DNA of 63,502 nucleotides, the filler included, from Folioceros fuciformis (taxonomy: Eukaryota): NCBI GenBank assembly GCA_049999805.1. It is 11 parts of 11 records of this genome, joined end to end, with 100 filler letters (N's around TTAATTAATTAA, not from the genome) between each part and the next. Parts side by side here need not be neighbours in the genome. Positions count along the whole stretch, not along the records: positions 46,666 to 53,078 come from JBNGIO010000920.1; positions 53,179 to 59,016 come from JBNGIO010000922.1; positions 59,117 to 61,070 come from JBNGIO010000923.1; positions 61,171 to 63,502 come from JBNGIO010000924.1; 7 more parts are not named here. The stretch is one strand, 5' to 3'. Shown piece by piece: positions 49,196 through 62,079 of the stretch (positions within the stretch are counted from its first letter, which is position 1; each line of letters opens with the position of its first letter). The translations under genes were made by a program, and so were the position numbers. The notes below the pieces were generated by a model. That model was given only the letters and a program-made list of their open reading frames with translations, was not told the DNA's origin and did no database searches.

Positions 49196-50317
49196 AGCTC
49201 TTGTTGCTCTCTGGTGCCTCTGCCTCCCGCGCTCGCCGTGTTGCCGGAGTGCTAGTGTGAGTGTGAGTGTGAGTGTGACAAGAAGAGTGAAAAGCGAGCG
49301 AGGTCCAGTGTCGGAGCCCCGCTGTGCCGCCACCGCGAGAGTGTGAGACTGTGGGAGCCTGAAAGAGGAGCTTGCAAGTGTTCCACCCCTTAGGAATCCT
49401 TCCATGCGGAGGAAGCACCAATAAAGTCGTTCGGCCTGAGTCACAGCTTTTCCAGTCACGAGTTTTGCAGTCTCTCGGGTGTAGGTGGTGTGGTTGCAGT
49501 TGTAGTTGTAGTTGTGTGCGTGAGATAGCATCAAAGTGACGTACATCTGGAGAGGGGGAAGTCGGAGGCTGAGCATGAGCAGATTTGAGTCAAGTCAAGT
49601 GAAGTGAAGGCTTTCCTCGGAGCCGCGGTTGTCAAGGTTTTTCGACAATTGGAGTTGAATCATGGATCGTACAGATGGAACCTGTCCCATGACAACTGCA
49701 TTGTTGCATCGTCATTTGCTGTGGTGGTGAGAGAGAGGATGTCATATACTCGCACGGCGGCATTGGCTCACGCAGTGACTGCGCTTTTGGTTTCTCTGTT
49801 TCATGTGCCTGCCTCTGCTTCTGTCTCCGCCTCTCGTCGTCGACTCCCTCATCTATTTATCTTGACACGTTCCATGCTATGCTAGCCTAGCGTGTTGCTG
49901 GAGGCCGTCGTCGTGGTCGATGCGCGCCCCATAATTCACATCTTCTCGTTTTCCAGTGAACGAGGGAGGCCACCAGAAGCAGGAACATCTCTTTCAAGCC
50001 AATTTTGCAACGCGTACTGGATCCCTGTTCATACGCTGCTGCTGGCCACCATTCCTTCACTTCTGCGAGCAGGGCCCGCTGTATCAGTGACTTCCGCAAG
50101 CTGTGGACCAGGGAGGGACTGTCGTGCGTCAATTGGAGCACGCTTCGGAGCTGGCAAGGGTTTCGGCTTCGCCACCGTGCAAGCTTCGGGAGCTTGGACA
50201 AAGGGATTGCGCTCGCAACCTTTCGCAACATTTAGAGTATAGCATCCATGGACGCGGCGTCACTCTAGTCTCTGCCGTCCAAGTCTCCCACAAATCCAGC
50301 CACGCCCCACCAGCGAT

Positions 50318-53078
50318 ATGGCCGGTAACGAGTGGATTAACAGCTACTTGGATGCTATTCTGGACACAGGAGAGCGGGTCGATGATCGTCGTCTCAGTGA
50401 CGTCGGCTCGGACAGAAGCGCTGGCGAGAAGAACGCATTTCAAGCCGCAAAGTACTTTGTGGAAGAAGTTACGGGCTTTGACGATAAGGCCCTTTACAAA
50501 ACATGGATGAAGGTGGGTGGGTAAAATTTGCCAATGTCCCCGTTCCGCCCCGCCTCGTCCCGATTGGCTCATCTTCCTCTCTCTATTCTATTCTACTGTT
50601 ATTTCTTTCCTTCTTTTCTCGAGACCAAAGCAGCCTCGCAATGCCCCAGAAATATCGGATGCTCACTAAATGTTTCTGCCATGGATTTGCGCTCTCCGCG
50701 TCCAGTGCCGGATGTTGAGTCCGCATGGTCTGATTTGGGCCTAAAGTGGTGTCACTCTTGCAGGCCACTGTCACAAGAAATGGGTTGGCCAGGAGCAGCA
50801 GGTTGGAGAATATGTGCTGGAGGATTTGGCACATCGCTCGCAAGAAGAAGCAGGTTTGAATGACATCTCCTCCTCCTCCTTCTCCTTCCCCTTCTCTTCG
50901 TCTTCCATCTTGGGTCAGTACCACCAGTGCTTTCATTCTCCAATTTGGACAGTTTGAAAATTTCTTCCCTGTATGTTAGGTCGAGAGGGAGGATGCACGA
51001 AGAGTGGCTACCCGAAACATGGACCGTGACCAGAGTCGCAGGGATGCCACCGAGGACATGTCGGAAGATCTCTCTGAAGGAGAAAAGGTGGATGCGTCTC
51101 AAGAGGGTATTGCCCGGTTGTCCAGGTTGAACTCAGATGCGCAACTAGCTTTCAATCCTGACGAACAGAAGGAGAAGCGTCTCTACATGGTCCTCATTAG
51201 GTATCTTATGATCCCGCTACTCTGTTTTCCTCTACGATACGCGCATTTATTTCGATCTTCGTCGCTGAACCTCATCCTGTGTGGTATCAATTCTCGTCTG
51301 ACAGCCTGCATGGATTAGTCCGGGGGGAAAACATGGAGCTTGGAAGGGATTCAGACACTGGGGGACAAGTGAATTTTCCTCTGCTGTTGCCTGCTCGTCG
51401 TTCCTGATTTGTGCCCGTTTTCCTCCCCAAACTTCTCAATGGAACAAAATGTGCAGGTGAAGTACGTTGTGGAGTTGGCCCGAGCGTTGGCCATCATGCC
51501 CGAAGTGTACCGAGTTGATCTTTTGACTCGTCAGATCTGCGCACCAGAAGTTGATTGGAGCTATGGTGAGCCCACAGAGATGTTGACTCCTCTAGCAACA
51601 GAGAACATTTGCCACACAGGTGACAGTAGTGGAGCCTACATTGTCCGCATTCCTTGTGGTCCCAGGGATGAGTATATCCGCAAGGAGCTCCTCTGGCCAC
51701 ATATCCAGGAGTTTGTTGATGGTGCGCTTACTCACATCCTCAACATGGCCAAGGTTCTTGGTGATCAGATTGCGGGAGGAGAGTTTGTGTGGCCTCATGT
51801 CATTCACGGTCATTACGCAGATGCCGGAGATAGTGCCTCCCTCTTGTCAGGTGCTCTCAACGTGCCCATGGTGCTAACCGGCCATTCTCTAGGGCGGAAC
51901 AAACTAGAACAGCTGCTGAAACAGGGGAGACACACACACGACGACATCAATGCAACTTACAGGATTATGCGCCGGATAGAGGCTGAGGAACTTTCTCTTG
52001 ATGCTGCGGAGCTAGTCATCACAAGTACCAGGCAGGAGATTGAAGAGCAGTGGGGTCTGTACGATGGATTCACTGTGAGGCTGGAAAAAGTGTTCAGATT
52101 GCGGGCAAAGCGGGGACTCGGCTGCCATGGTCGCTACATGCCAAGAATGGTGGTGTGTTTCCTACCCTTGGCAGATGTAGGGGTCACAGCTCAAGTTCCT
52201 GCCACAGAACTCGAGTGTTTGATACCTTCTTTGTTTCTAATTGGAAGATGCATACAGAGAGTGCAATCAAGTCTTTTGAATTGCTGAAATATTTTAGGCA
52301 ACTCTTTTCTTGTTGCATCGCCCTCCCATGACTTGGATGGATCTGGAACAGTTGGTTGATGTGTATCGCTGACCATCGATAGGTCTTACCGCCTGGGATG
52401 GACTTTAGCAATGTTGATGTTCAAGACATGGGAGATATGGACGGCGATTTAGACATCCCAACATTCGCTGACTCAGAAGCTGTTCCTGCTACACCTTCGT
52501 CCCCACGTCGTGAGCCTCCCATATGGTCTGGAGTAAGTTCCTCTGCCGAATCTGTCCATATTGACAAGCGTGATGGGGAACCCTAAAGTCTCTGTTGTTG
52601 CCTTCGCCCTGGACGATTGAAAGCTTGTGTGCATCCCTTTAACTCTTCCCTGCTGGCAGATCATGCGCTTCTTCTCCAACCCTCACAAGCCCATGATTTT
52701 AGCCCTGGCTCGACCTGACCCAAAGAAGAACATAACTACTTTGCTGAAGGCATTTGGAGAATGTTCCCCGCTGCGGGAGCTTGCAAACTTGGTACGTCCT
52801 GCCTTCGCAAAAAGCCGGTTCTTCACAAATTCACGTGCTAGGTACCAAATGGATTATAAGATCCGGAATTTAAATTGCCTCGGGCCGTGCAGACCCTGGT
52901 CATGGGGAATCGAGAGGATATCGATGAGATGTCCGGAGGAAATGCAATCGTCTTGACCACAGTACTGAAGCTCATTGACAGGTATGACCTTTATGGTCAA
53001 GTGGCTTATCCAAAACATCACACCCAGAGCGAGGTACCAGACATCTACCGGCTTGCAGCGAAAACTAAGGTGCGGAAT
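50318..53078 (+). CDS. SPS: Sucrose-phosphate synthase, 3' half lost in gap
   Basis: Motifs [118 protein letters not shown] and [11 protein letters not shown]. Confidence 0.97.
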
Positions 53079-53178
53079 NNNNNNNNNNNNNNNNNNNNNN
53101 NNNNNNNNNNNNNNNNNNNNNNTTAATTAATTAANNNNNNNNNNNNNNNNNNNNNNNNNNNNNNNNNNNNNNNNNNNN

Positions 53179-53475
53179 CACGTGCGGGCAGTACAGCGTC
53201 GAGGAGAGCGGAGCGGGCGCACAACATGAGGCCGGTACGACGCCGAGGAGAGCGGAACAGGCGCACAACCCGTGGCAGGTGCGGACGGTATGATACCGAG
53301 GAGAGCGGAGCGGGCGCACAGCCCGCGGCACGTGCGGGCAGTACAGCGTCGAGGAGAGCGGAGCGGGCGCACAACCCACGCCAGGTGTGGCCGGTACAGC
53401 GCCGAGGTGGGCGCCGAAAATGATGTGTTCTCTCTGTGGGGGGAGCGGCTCACAACCCGCGGCAGGTGCGGCTGG
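53179..53475. repeat. GC-rich ~50-bp minisatellite (CAGTACAGCGTCGAGGAGAGCGGAGCGGGCGCACAAC-like) x~5
   Basis: Recurring GAGGAGAGCGGA(G/A)C(G/A)GGCGCACA core; abuts the gap. Confidence 0.88.
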
Positions 53476-54104
53476 CCATCTGCTGTACCCGCCCCTTGCA
53501 CCCGCCAATTGGGTGGCAGGGGACGGACAAGCCGGGCACTTCTCCAATTTTTTATTTTATCAAAACATCTAGCAATTCCCCCATCCCCATACTGGTCCAG
53601 GCCTAGGGTGCTTAATACTAGAGTTTTGATAGAGCTCTGCACACCGACGCTGTCTCACCACACCACAACTATGCTAGGTTTTGAATATATTAGGTTTTTC
53701 AGGTTCTCTTTAGTGGGATTTAGTTATTTTCAATTAGTTTAAGTTTAAATTATTTCTCTTGGGCTAATATCTTTTGATTTAGTGGGAGTGTACCAACCTA
53801 AGTAGACTCATTTTGAAGCTAGTTTTCACCCCTACATTCATAGTGAGTGGGAGTGATGAAATATATCTAGTTTAGGGCACTATTCATTAGGGCCACATCA
53901 CTTTAAACATTATATTATCATCTAGGGCATTAGGTAGTTACTTATTTAGTTGCTCTAGGTAGTTAATTGTTATATTAGTCACAACTACTTATTGTTGTAA
54001 CCACCTAACAACCTCAACCACCTAGCCTATATAAAGGCTTGTATTTTACTCTTAAATTCATTGCATTCTATCTTTTGCATCTAAGAGCAAGGCGTGATTT
54101 TCAT

Positions 54105-54215
54105 CACATCCGTTACCACTAGAAGTCATTTCTAGTAACAACTAAGGTTAGAATATCTCACCACATCGATTACCACTAGAAGTCATTTTTAGTAGCAACT
54201 AAGGTTAGAATATCA
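54105..54215. repeat. ~57-bp tandem duplication in AT-rich, probably TE-derived DNA
   Basis: CACATC..TTACCACTAGAAGTCATTT.TAGTA.CAACTAAGGTTAGAATATC occurs twice. Confidence 0.8.
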
Positions 54216-55184
54216 TGTAAGCAGGTGCAATTCAGTCTTCTTCGAGATTCTTGTAGCCCTTTTCTCATTTAATTTGATGCGGCTTTTGTTTTTGCTTGGG
54301 AAAGGGCGCAGGTTCTTGGCTCGTTATTTAACCCAATGGCTAGGCTTTTCAAATCGGACAAGCCATATTCTCTACTATGAAAAGTTTTTGCCTTGAGTTG
54401 GTCCAACCTTTGGCTTGCTATCTATCCTTTTGTAGTTGTAGGGCACAACTTGACAAGTATAAAATGCATCTTGCTCATTGTCCAAGTAGGGGACAATGCA
54501 TTGCTATGCACAATGTTGTATGAGATTTCATGGTTTTGTTAGCCAAGGAGGTTGGTTTTCTGCCCATCAATGTACTTTATTTGACGACATTTCTCTTCGG
54601 GTTGACCTTCTCCTTATGTAGCGAGAACAAGTTTTTTTTACAGACATGGTTATGACATATCCGACATGGGTCTCGTCTACAAGCATGTTGTCCTTAACTC
54701 CTTGGGTTGGACGGTAGAGAGGGGTGCATTGGCCCAGATTCACAAGTGCATCCCTTTGCAAGCCAAACACATCTTTATCTCGCTTGCCATTGAGACCCCA
54801 AGTGGTCATATGCAAGGCATTTTCCAAGTTTTTGAAAAACTTGTGCCTAGTTTGTTCACAGCATAAGAATTGGTCTTTATCTTCCTCTATCATGTAATGT
54901 AACATTCTTTTGCCATAGGGTTTCCATTGTAATATAGTCGGTGTTGGCTACTGCATATTTAGGACGACGACAATGGTAGAGGAAGTGGTGTCAGCGACTC
55001 TAATAGTAGGTAGACCTTTTGTCCTTCTAAATCATGATATCTTGGGGTGTTGTTCATAGTTCTAGCGTCTAGCTCTTGGTGGCGTGGTCATCTTGGGCCC
55101 TTGGTGGCGTGCTCATCTTTGGTGGTTTGTCACACGTTTTTTTGGGTAGATAGGTTCCCCATCTTGTTTTTCTCTATTAAAGGA

Positions 55185-55338
55185 GCCTTCTATCTAAATA
55201 TCTTACTCCATCCATGTACGTATGCCTTACCATATGCCTTCTATCTGAACATCTTACTCCATCCATGTACTTATGCCTTACCATACGCCTTCTATCTGGA
55301 CATCTTACTCCATCCATGTACTTATGCCTTACCATATG
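55185..55338. repeat. 51-bp tandem repeat x3
   Basis: GCCTTCTATCT.(A/G)A.ATCTTACTCCATCCATGTAC.TATGCCTTACCATA occurs three times. Confidence 0.9.
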
Positions 55339-56074
55339 TTTGTGCAAACATTGAGCAAAGCAAGGATATTCATTTAGCAATCTTAAAATTGTTCTTCTAT
55401 CCCCACCATATTTGATAACTATCCCCTTTCACATTGCCAAGGGGTTGTCTAGGTTCGCCTATGATTGTCCAGCCCTGGCGCACCACCGTCAGGCTCTCCT
55501 CGTTTCACATGTTGCAGTACAGCCGCCCCCCAGCATTGCTGGGTCGGTGTTAAGTTTCATAGTATGGATTCAAACAATTCGCTTGGCTCTGTCAATGGTC
55601 AATGAAACATGCCGCAAAAGTGCAGTGCACTGCATTTCGGAGACGTTCCAGGTAGTCGGCGTATTTCGAGGCGTGGCTCAACTGCTGTTGGTTTTTGACG
55701 TGGCTCGCCTACCTAGTCGTTTTCAGCTTCGTGTAGGCTGAGCTTCGATTTTTAATTCAATATGGGACGCGATGCGCAGCTTTCGCTGGAAAACACGGGG
55801 CGGACGGCATATGAATCATACACGTTGATGTCCTTTATACACTGCTATATGTAATTACATATGTATGTGTGCACGACGGCTAGCTGTAGCGGACGTGTCG
55901 CCAGCTGACTCATATTCGCGTTGCAAAATCGCGTACGGCGTGTTGGTTATCGTGTCCCACTTGGCTTCCGCCGCTTGCTTGTTCCAGCTGCCGTTGCCTG
56001 CCCTCCTTTTCCGCCTTCGTCCTTTCCTCACGGTGCACGCATTGCTTGTCGCTGCCCTTCCGCTCGCTTTGTCG

Positions 56075-58580
56075 ATGGACTTGCGGCTTCTGCCAAGGGC
56101 GTCATCTGCAGTCGTGACTTGCATGCGGAGCAATGCGTGCGATCGACTGGACGTAGCACCCGAGGCGCAAGCGCGGCTGCCCGATGATTCTTGCGGCCAT
56201 TGGAGTCGGGCGAAGCCCTCCTCCTCCTCGTCCGCCTGCGACGCGTCCAGATTGCCGCTCACACCCCTGCCACTGCCATCGCGGCAGTCGGGGATCCCTG
56301 CACCCCTCAGATTTCTCTGGTTCAGCAGGACGGACCCGGATCCAGATCAGGATGGTGCTAAAGACGAAAGTTTAGGCGAGGAGCGTATTGCAGGAGGGAG
56401 AGGGGGGGATTTTGCTGTAGACACGCAGACCGATTGGTTAGAGGAGGAGCCTGATGCGGCAGAAAGAAACTGGTTTTCTGCGGTTCCGGATTTGGGGCAC
56501 CTTTGGAGGCGTGATCATTCGGAAGCTGAGTTGCATCAGGACTGCTTGTCGTGCGGCAGTTGCAACTCAGGTTTGCAGGATCCAGATTCCGGATTGCCTC
56601 CGGGGGGCAGGGCCAGCGTCACCTATGACAGGGACTCGTTTGCTAAGTATTTGCACCAAGTACAATTGCCGGACCTACAGCTTGTGGCTCAGATGTCCGT
56701 TCTTTGCCATCTGGCCTACATGATCTCGGACATTGAGGTACTTAATTTTGTATGTGTGATGTATGAGGTTTCTTGCAATTCCTTCATCACGGCGCAACCA
56801 ACGTCTCTCTTTTGTGCAGCCGCTGGACCTTCTTGGTGAGTATCGGTTGAAGTTTGTGACCTCTTCCCTGCAACGGAAGGTGCGGTCTATCAGCTGCGAA
56901 ATTGGCAATTCACCGAAGCCGGCTGCAGTAGCCCCTTCTGAGCCTCAGGATAGCGTTTTCAATAGACTGGCCGGAAGTGTGAGTTTTGAAAGGGCTCAGT
57001 CCCTGGCTGGAGTGGCATCTCTCTTCTGGAAAAAGCACACCGAAGGTGCTGTCACTGATGCTGCCCTGTCTGAAGAAGTACCTGCGGGGGACCCTTTGCA
57101 AACCCGTGGGAAAGAGGAGGCATTCTATGTGGCCCCTGGTCTGCAGCTTTCTACCACTGACGTAGCTTCCTTCATCGCTACTTCATCTGCTGCTGTCGTT
57201 CTATCGTCCCAAGACACCGCCAATCAGGAAGCAGTTGGTGAAGAAGATATACAACACAGCGGTCCTTGCCAATGGTTCATTTGCGATGATCAGGATAGCC
57301 ACATTCGGTACTTTGTTATTCAGGTATCTCTTGTCTTACTTGCAATGGCTCAGCAGTTTGACAGAGTATGTTTCTTGCACCACGAAGATGGGATCTATAT
57401 GGCACTCTACCCCATTCTCACTCCGTTCAGCTAGTTAGCTGATAGTGTGGTGTTGCTGAATGCAGGGATCAGAGTCGTTGGCATCGTGGCAAGCTAACCT
57501 ACATTTCGAACCGATGTGCTTTGAGGTAAATTAATTCTTGCATGTTCCCTGCATACTGTAGCTGCAGGTGTGATACGTTAGTGTCTGAAACTGCGATTGA
57601 ATTGGCGTCCTCTGTGATTCTTCAGGACCCAAATTTGCATGTATTGGTCCATCGTGGGATATATGAAGCTTCCAAGGGTTTATACGAGCAACTACTTCCA
57701 CATGTGCTCGAGTATCTAACTTGTGGCCCCGATGGTGCTCAGATTCGGTTTTCTGGGCACTCCTTAGGTGGCAGTTTGGCCATGCTCATTACTCTCATGT
57801 TGCAGCTCCGGGAAGTCGTCCCGCTAAGCTCTGTACTGCCTGTTATGACCTTTGGCTCTCCTGCTGTCATGTGTGGCGGAGATATCCTCTTGCGGAAGCT
57901 TGGTCTACTACACAATCATATACAGTCTATAGTGATGCATCGTGACATTGTCCCGAGATCCTTCTCCTGTGACTATCCTGAACACGTTGCAGAAGTGCTG
58001 AGAAGAATCAACGGAACATTCCGCAAGCATCCATGTCTATCACATGAGGTAAGCGGTTTGTCGAGTGGGGTCCTTTATTTAAGCAACGTTAGAATTGTGA
58101 CGTGGGTCAAAGATTTTTGCACTTCATCTTGCAATGATCCATTCGTATTGCTTGGATGAGCAGGGACTCCTGTATTCTCCTGTGGGCCAATTGATTATCC
58201 TGCAGCCTGATAACCGGTACGCTCCTAGTCATCCGTTTCTTCCCGACGGAAGTGGACTTTACATCATGGCGCAGCCTGATGTAGGAAAATCATGTACACC
58301 CACACTGTTAGCAGCTCAACGGGCCTTCCTCAATTCCCCTCATCCCCTTGAAATACTGAGCGACCCTGGTGCGTATGGTCCCGAGGGTGCTATATCTAGA
58401 GATCATGATCCTCGCAGCTACGTGAGAGCGCTTAAGCACGTCCTTCGAAAAGTACATAAACGCTGGAGGCGCGTCCGTAGGGAACAGCGTCGACAACTTT
58501 GGGGGCCTCTGGTTTGCCGCGAGGATAGCCAGAGGCTCCAGCCGAGGCCGGTAGTAGGTAACGTGGTGAGCGTCTCGTAA
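56075..58580 (+). CDS. PLIP: Class-3 lipase, plastid lipase PLIP-type phospholipase A1, 5 exons
   Basis: Motifs YDRDSFAKYL..AQMSVLCHLAYMI, LKFVTSSL, CQWFICDD..RYFVIQ/GSESLASWQANL.FEP, VHRGIYEASKGLY, nucleophile GHSLGGSLA, TFGSPAVMCGG, DIVPRSFSC, FLNSPHPLEILSD and RDHD. The start ATG is inferred (frame open from 55865). Confidence 0.92.
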
Positions 58581-59249
58581 GTTGCAGGGATTGATGCCAC
58601 ACCGTGGACTCGTGCGTGTATGATTCTATGTATCCGATTTTATTGCCGAAGCCGCGTACATATAGTCCACCCTCTCAAAATATGACCTCCGTAAATGTTA
58701 TATAAATGTTAAATATTACAAAAATATAATGGGTTTGGGTATTTCGAGTAAGATTAAATATAATCCTAGTTAAGAAATACGGTTAAATGTTATTTTTTAA
58801 ATTAAATGTTATTTTTTGGATTAAATGTTATTTTTTTGTAATTTTATATATTACTTATTTCATGAGAATAGGCACTACCAACTGTAATCCCATGCTGTAA
58901 ATATTATTTTATTTTTTATAATAAAAATAATATAAAAGTAAAATTATATATAAATTAATCTTTAAATAGCATGAATATTATAGATATGTAACTTATCCAA
59001 TCATAATGTTGGACATNNNNNNNNNNNNNNNNNNNNNNNNNNNNNNNNNNNNNNNNNNNNTTAATTAATTAANNNNNNNNNNNNNNNNNNNNNNNNNNNN
59101 NNNNNNNNNNNNNNNNCTCTTATTATTCCTCTCTCGACAGCATCCTGAATGTAATGGTAATATAGTTCTATATATTTACTCCTAGCATGAAATATAGGGT
59201 TTGCAATCAAAGTTATAACATTCATAATATCACAAAATAAATTAATGGG

Positions 59250-60620
59250 ATCAATTTGTGATTAATTTACAAAATCAAGGAATTTGCGCTTCCACTCTAC
59301 CTCCTTGCAAGCATTTATTAGTGTCTTCAATAGAAGACAAAGCAAAAGAAGCATGTTTCTTGCAATTCCAACTCAAAGACTTAGGAGTTAACAATAAGTA
59401 ATAAGCTGAAATATTTTTTCCTATATGAACATTGGAAACCTAACTAACATTTTCAAAAGAGATAAATAAAAATGGTTTTCTCTCACTTAATAAATACTAT
59501 AAAGTATAGGAAATAATACCCTTGATATGGTGATACATATTCTTCATACCTATCCACTATGTGCATAAACCATACTAACATCGTAGCTTATGTTAAGTTG
59601 AGTTCAATTAACTAAGAAAATCAAGCAGCCAACGACTTATGCATAAGAAACAAATGTCTCATCTTTAAGATATGCTACACTTTGAGCATCTTACTCAACA
59701 TTGAGCTTTTCCCTTGCTGAAAAGGAAGTTGTAACAATTTTAGGTTGATTTATACAAAAGAATTTAAGAATTTCTTTAACATACTTAGTTTAATGAAGGA
59801 TGATTTAGCCCGAAGCCTCGTAACACAAAATATCGATGGTGAAACAGAATTGTAAATCCTTGATTAGTCATTTCAAACTCAACAAAACATAGTCTTAACT
59901 TTCTCTAATTATGGAGTGCTAATACTGAGAAGAATGCAATTAAAGTGTTATGATAACAAAAAGACCACGTTGAGAAAGGTAAAACACATTATTGTCTACT
60001 GCGAGTTATAGAAAACCTAGCCTCTTCAAGTATTTCACAATTCGCTTGTACTTGGACTTTATTTTAAGCCATTAATAGACTTGAATAGCTTATAAACTTT
60101 CCTTGCCTAATTTTGTTCATGAAGTCTTTTTGGTTACTTCATGTAAAAAACTTCTTCCAGCTCCCAATATAGACAAGCTGTACATACGTTTATTTGGTGG
60201 ACCTCTAAATCATATTTTGCAGTCATAGCATATTTAACAACATACGGATAGAAGATGGCTTCTTAATTTATGGGAAGGTGTGGCCATAATCAATACCAAA
60301 AGTTTAACTAAACCCTTTAGCAACCAAGCGTGATTTATATTTAACCACAGTTCCGTCATACTTGAACTTTATCTTAAAGACCCACTTACAACTATTAGGT
60401 ATAAGTGATAAAGAAAACCTTGTAACCTAGTCCACTTGCGTCCGGTAAGAATCATGTTTAACAAGTTGTCGAGTGTTATTCTTCATAAGAGAATTATACT
60501 TATCATTAATCGAAATCTGCCAATGGTGTTTATTTGGTCCATAGAGTGCTTCCTATAAAGACTCCAAATCTAGCTTTACATTAAGTACCTATAGAGGTTT
60601 ATTTGGTTCATGGATTGCTT
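59250..60620 (-). mobile_element. Degenerate Ty1/copia RT-RNaseH remnant
   Basis: Minus strand at ~60320-60400 reads SCKWVFKIKFKYDGTVVKYKSRLVAKG (copia RT start). Many stops and frameshifts. Confidence 0.8.
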
Positions 60621-61779
60621 TCTATAAAGACTCCAAATCTAGCTTTACATCAAGTACCTGTAGGCAAAAAACATAGGCATTATACTCTCTGAAATCCATT
60701 GGTTGATGAGGAACAACCTCTGCCCACTATTTATGAGATCTTTGCGCATGAGTAAGATAACGTAGAACATGTACTTCATAAAGGTGAATAGAGAGGTGTT
60801 CAATAAATCCTTTTGTATTATCATTAGAAGTTGAAAAATGATCAGCAATATCTATAAAAAATCCTAAAATTAATATTACCTGTTTCTTTCTCTTCCTTAT
60901 GTTAAGAGGTAGCTTAAGATTTTAGGTATGTTTTGTATTAGCTATTAGAAAAAGGATAATAATAATAAAATAACGGGAGAGAAAATCAACATGTAGAAAA
61001 TTAGGTATGTCATCTTTTGAATTTTTTTCTATGTGAGAAGAATGTAATTCACAAGAAATTGATACTACTTNNNNNNNNNNNNNNNNNNNNNNNNNNNNNN
61101 NNNNNNNNNNNNNNTTAATTAATTAANNNNNNNNNNNNNNNNNNNNNNNNNNNNNNNNNNNNNNNNNNNNCCGCTCGGTCTTTTCTCGATTCTCGGTATT
61201 TATACATAATAAATATTAAATAAATTATTTCAAATATTAATATGTAAATATAAATAGTTTAGGGTATACATATTCTGCTGTAGAGGCTGCTCTTCCCCAA
61301 CTTTAACAATACCATTCCATTTACCAAGAGGATCGGGACTTATTGGACTTGGGGGGGACTAGAACTGGGACCGAGCTCGGTGCCGATCAAAATGACCCTA
61401 ATGCATACCATGCAAAAGTAGCTTAAAAATAATATATTTATTTAAAAAAAATACTTTTTACCGAGATCCATTACTTCGTTCTTTTGTTGGTCCTTCTATA
61501 GTGTCTTCCCTTCTCGATTGCTAATATAAGATTGCGGTGGAAGGGGTTTCAATGCTTGATTCAACGTAAAGCATGACACAGTGAGATCCCTCACTTCAAG
61601 GCCCTTTCTTTTTTACCACCTCCTCAATTTTAAATTACTTATATTCATATATGGTAGATAATACTCCTATTTCGGGGCAAAGTGTTTAAGCAAGGAAAGC
61701 TTTTAAGCTTTCTTCTCCCAAAGTTAACTTGCATTGGTTTGAAGATGAAGATTTTCAAGTATAGGGTTTAGTGCTCTTT

Positions 61780-62060
61780 GAGGGGATTGCTTGCTTTCGC
61801 TTCTAAGGGCAAAATTGCTTGATCATAAGGTCTTCGGGTTTTAAGGGTCCTAGTGGATCCAGAACCTTTGCTCAAGGCTTTGTGGATGCAGCCCTTGATA
61901 AAGACATAGCTAATGCAAACGATCTTTCCAATTTACGGCACTTGCAAGTGGCTTTCAACATCCTCTTCTCATATTTAAGACATGATCCGAGGTACCTTCT
62001 CCAAAAAATACCTCGTTTTAACATTCTTAGCAAGCTTTTAAAACTTTAACAATAGGATAT
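61780..62060 (+). mobile_element. Non-LTR retrotransposon RT remnant (CRE/R2-like)
   Basis: GFKGPSGSRTFAQGFVDAALDKDI..LRHLQVAFNIL..PRYLLQKIP resembles the G.P.GS..F...QVA..IL....P.YLLR segment that follows RT domain 7. Confidence 0.45.
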
Positions 62061-62079
62061 GCAAGGTTTTTGGAGATAT

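Noticed and set aside
49275..49296. TGACAAGAAGAGTGAAAAGC, loosely like miR156
   Set aside because: Too many mismatches and no complementary arm seen nearby.
47271..49576. Long 195-317-aa ORFs on both strands (GQ, AL, PW and FPSL repeats)
   Set aside because: Shadow ORFs produced by stop-poor microsatellites, open in several frames at once.
6741..53078. SWEET plus SPS as a sugar gene cluster
   Set aside because: They lie >40 kb apart on different contigs with many unrelated genes between.
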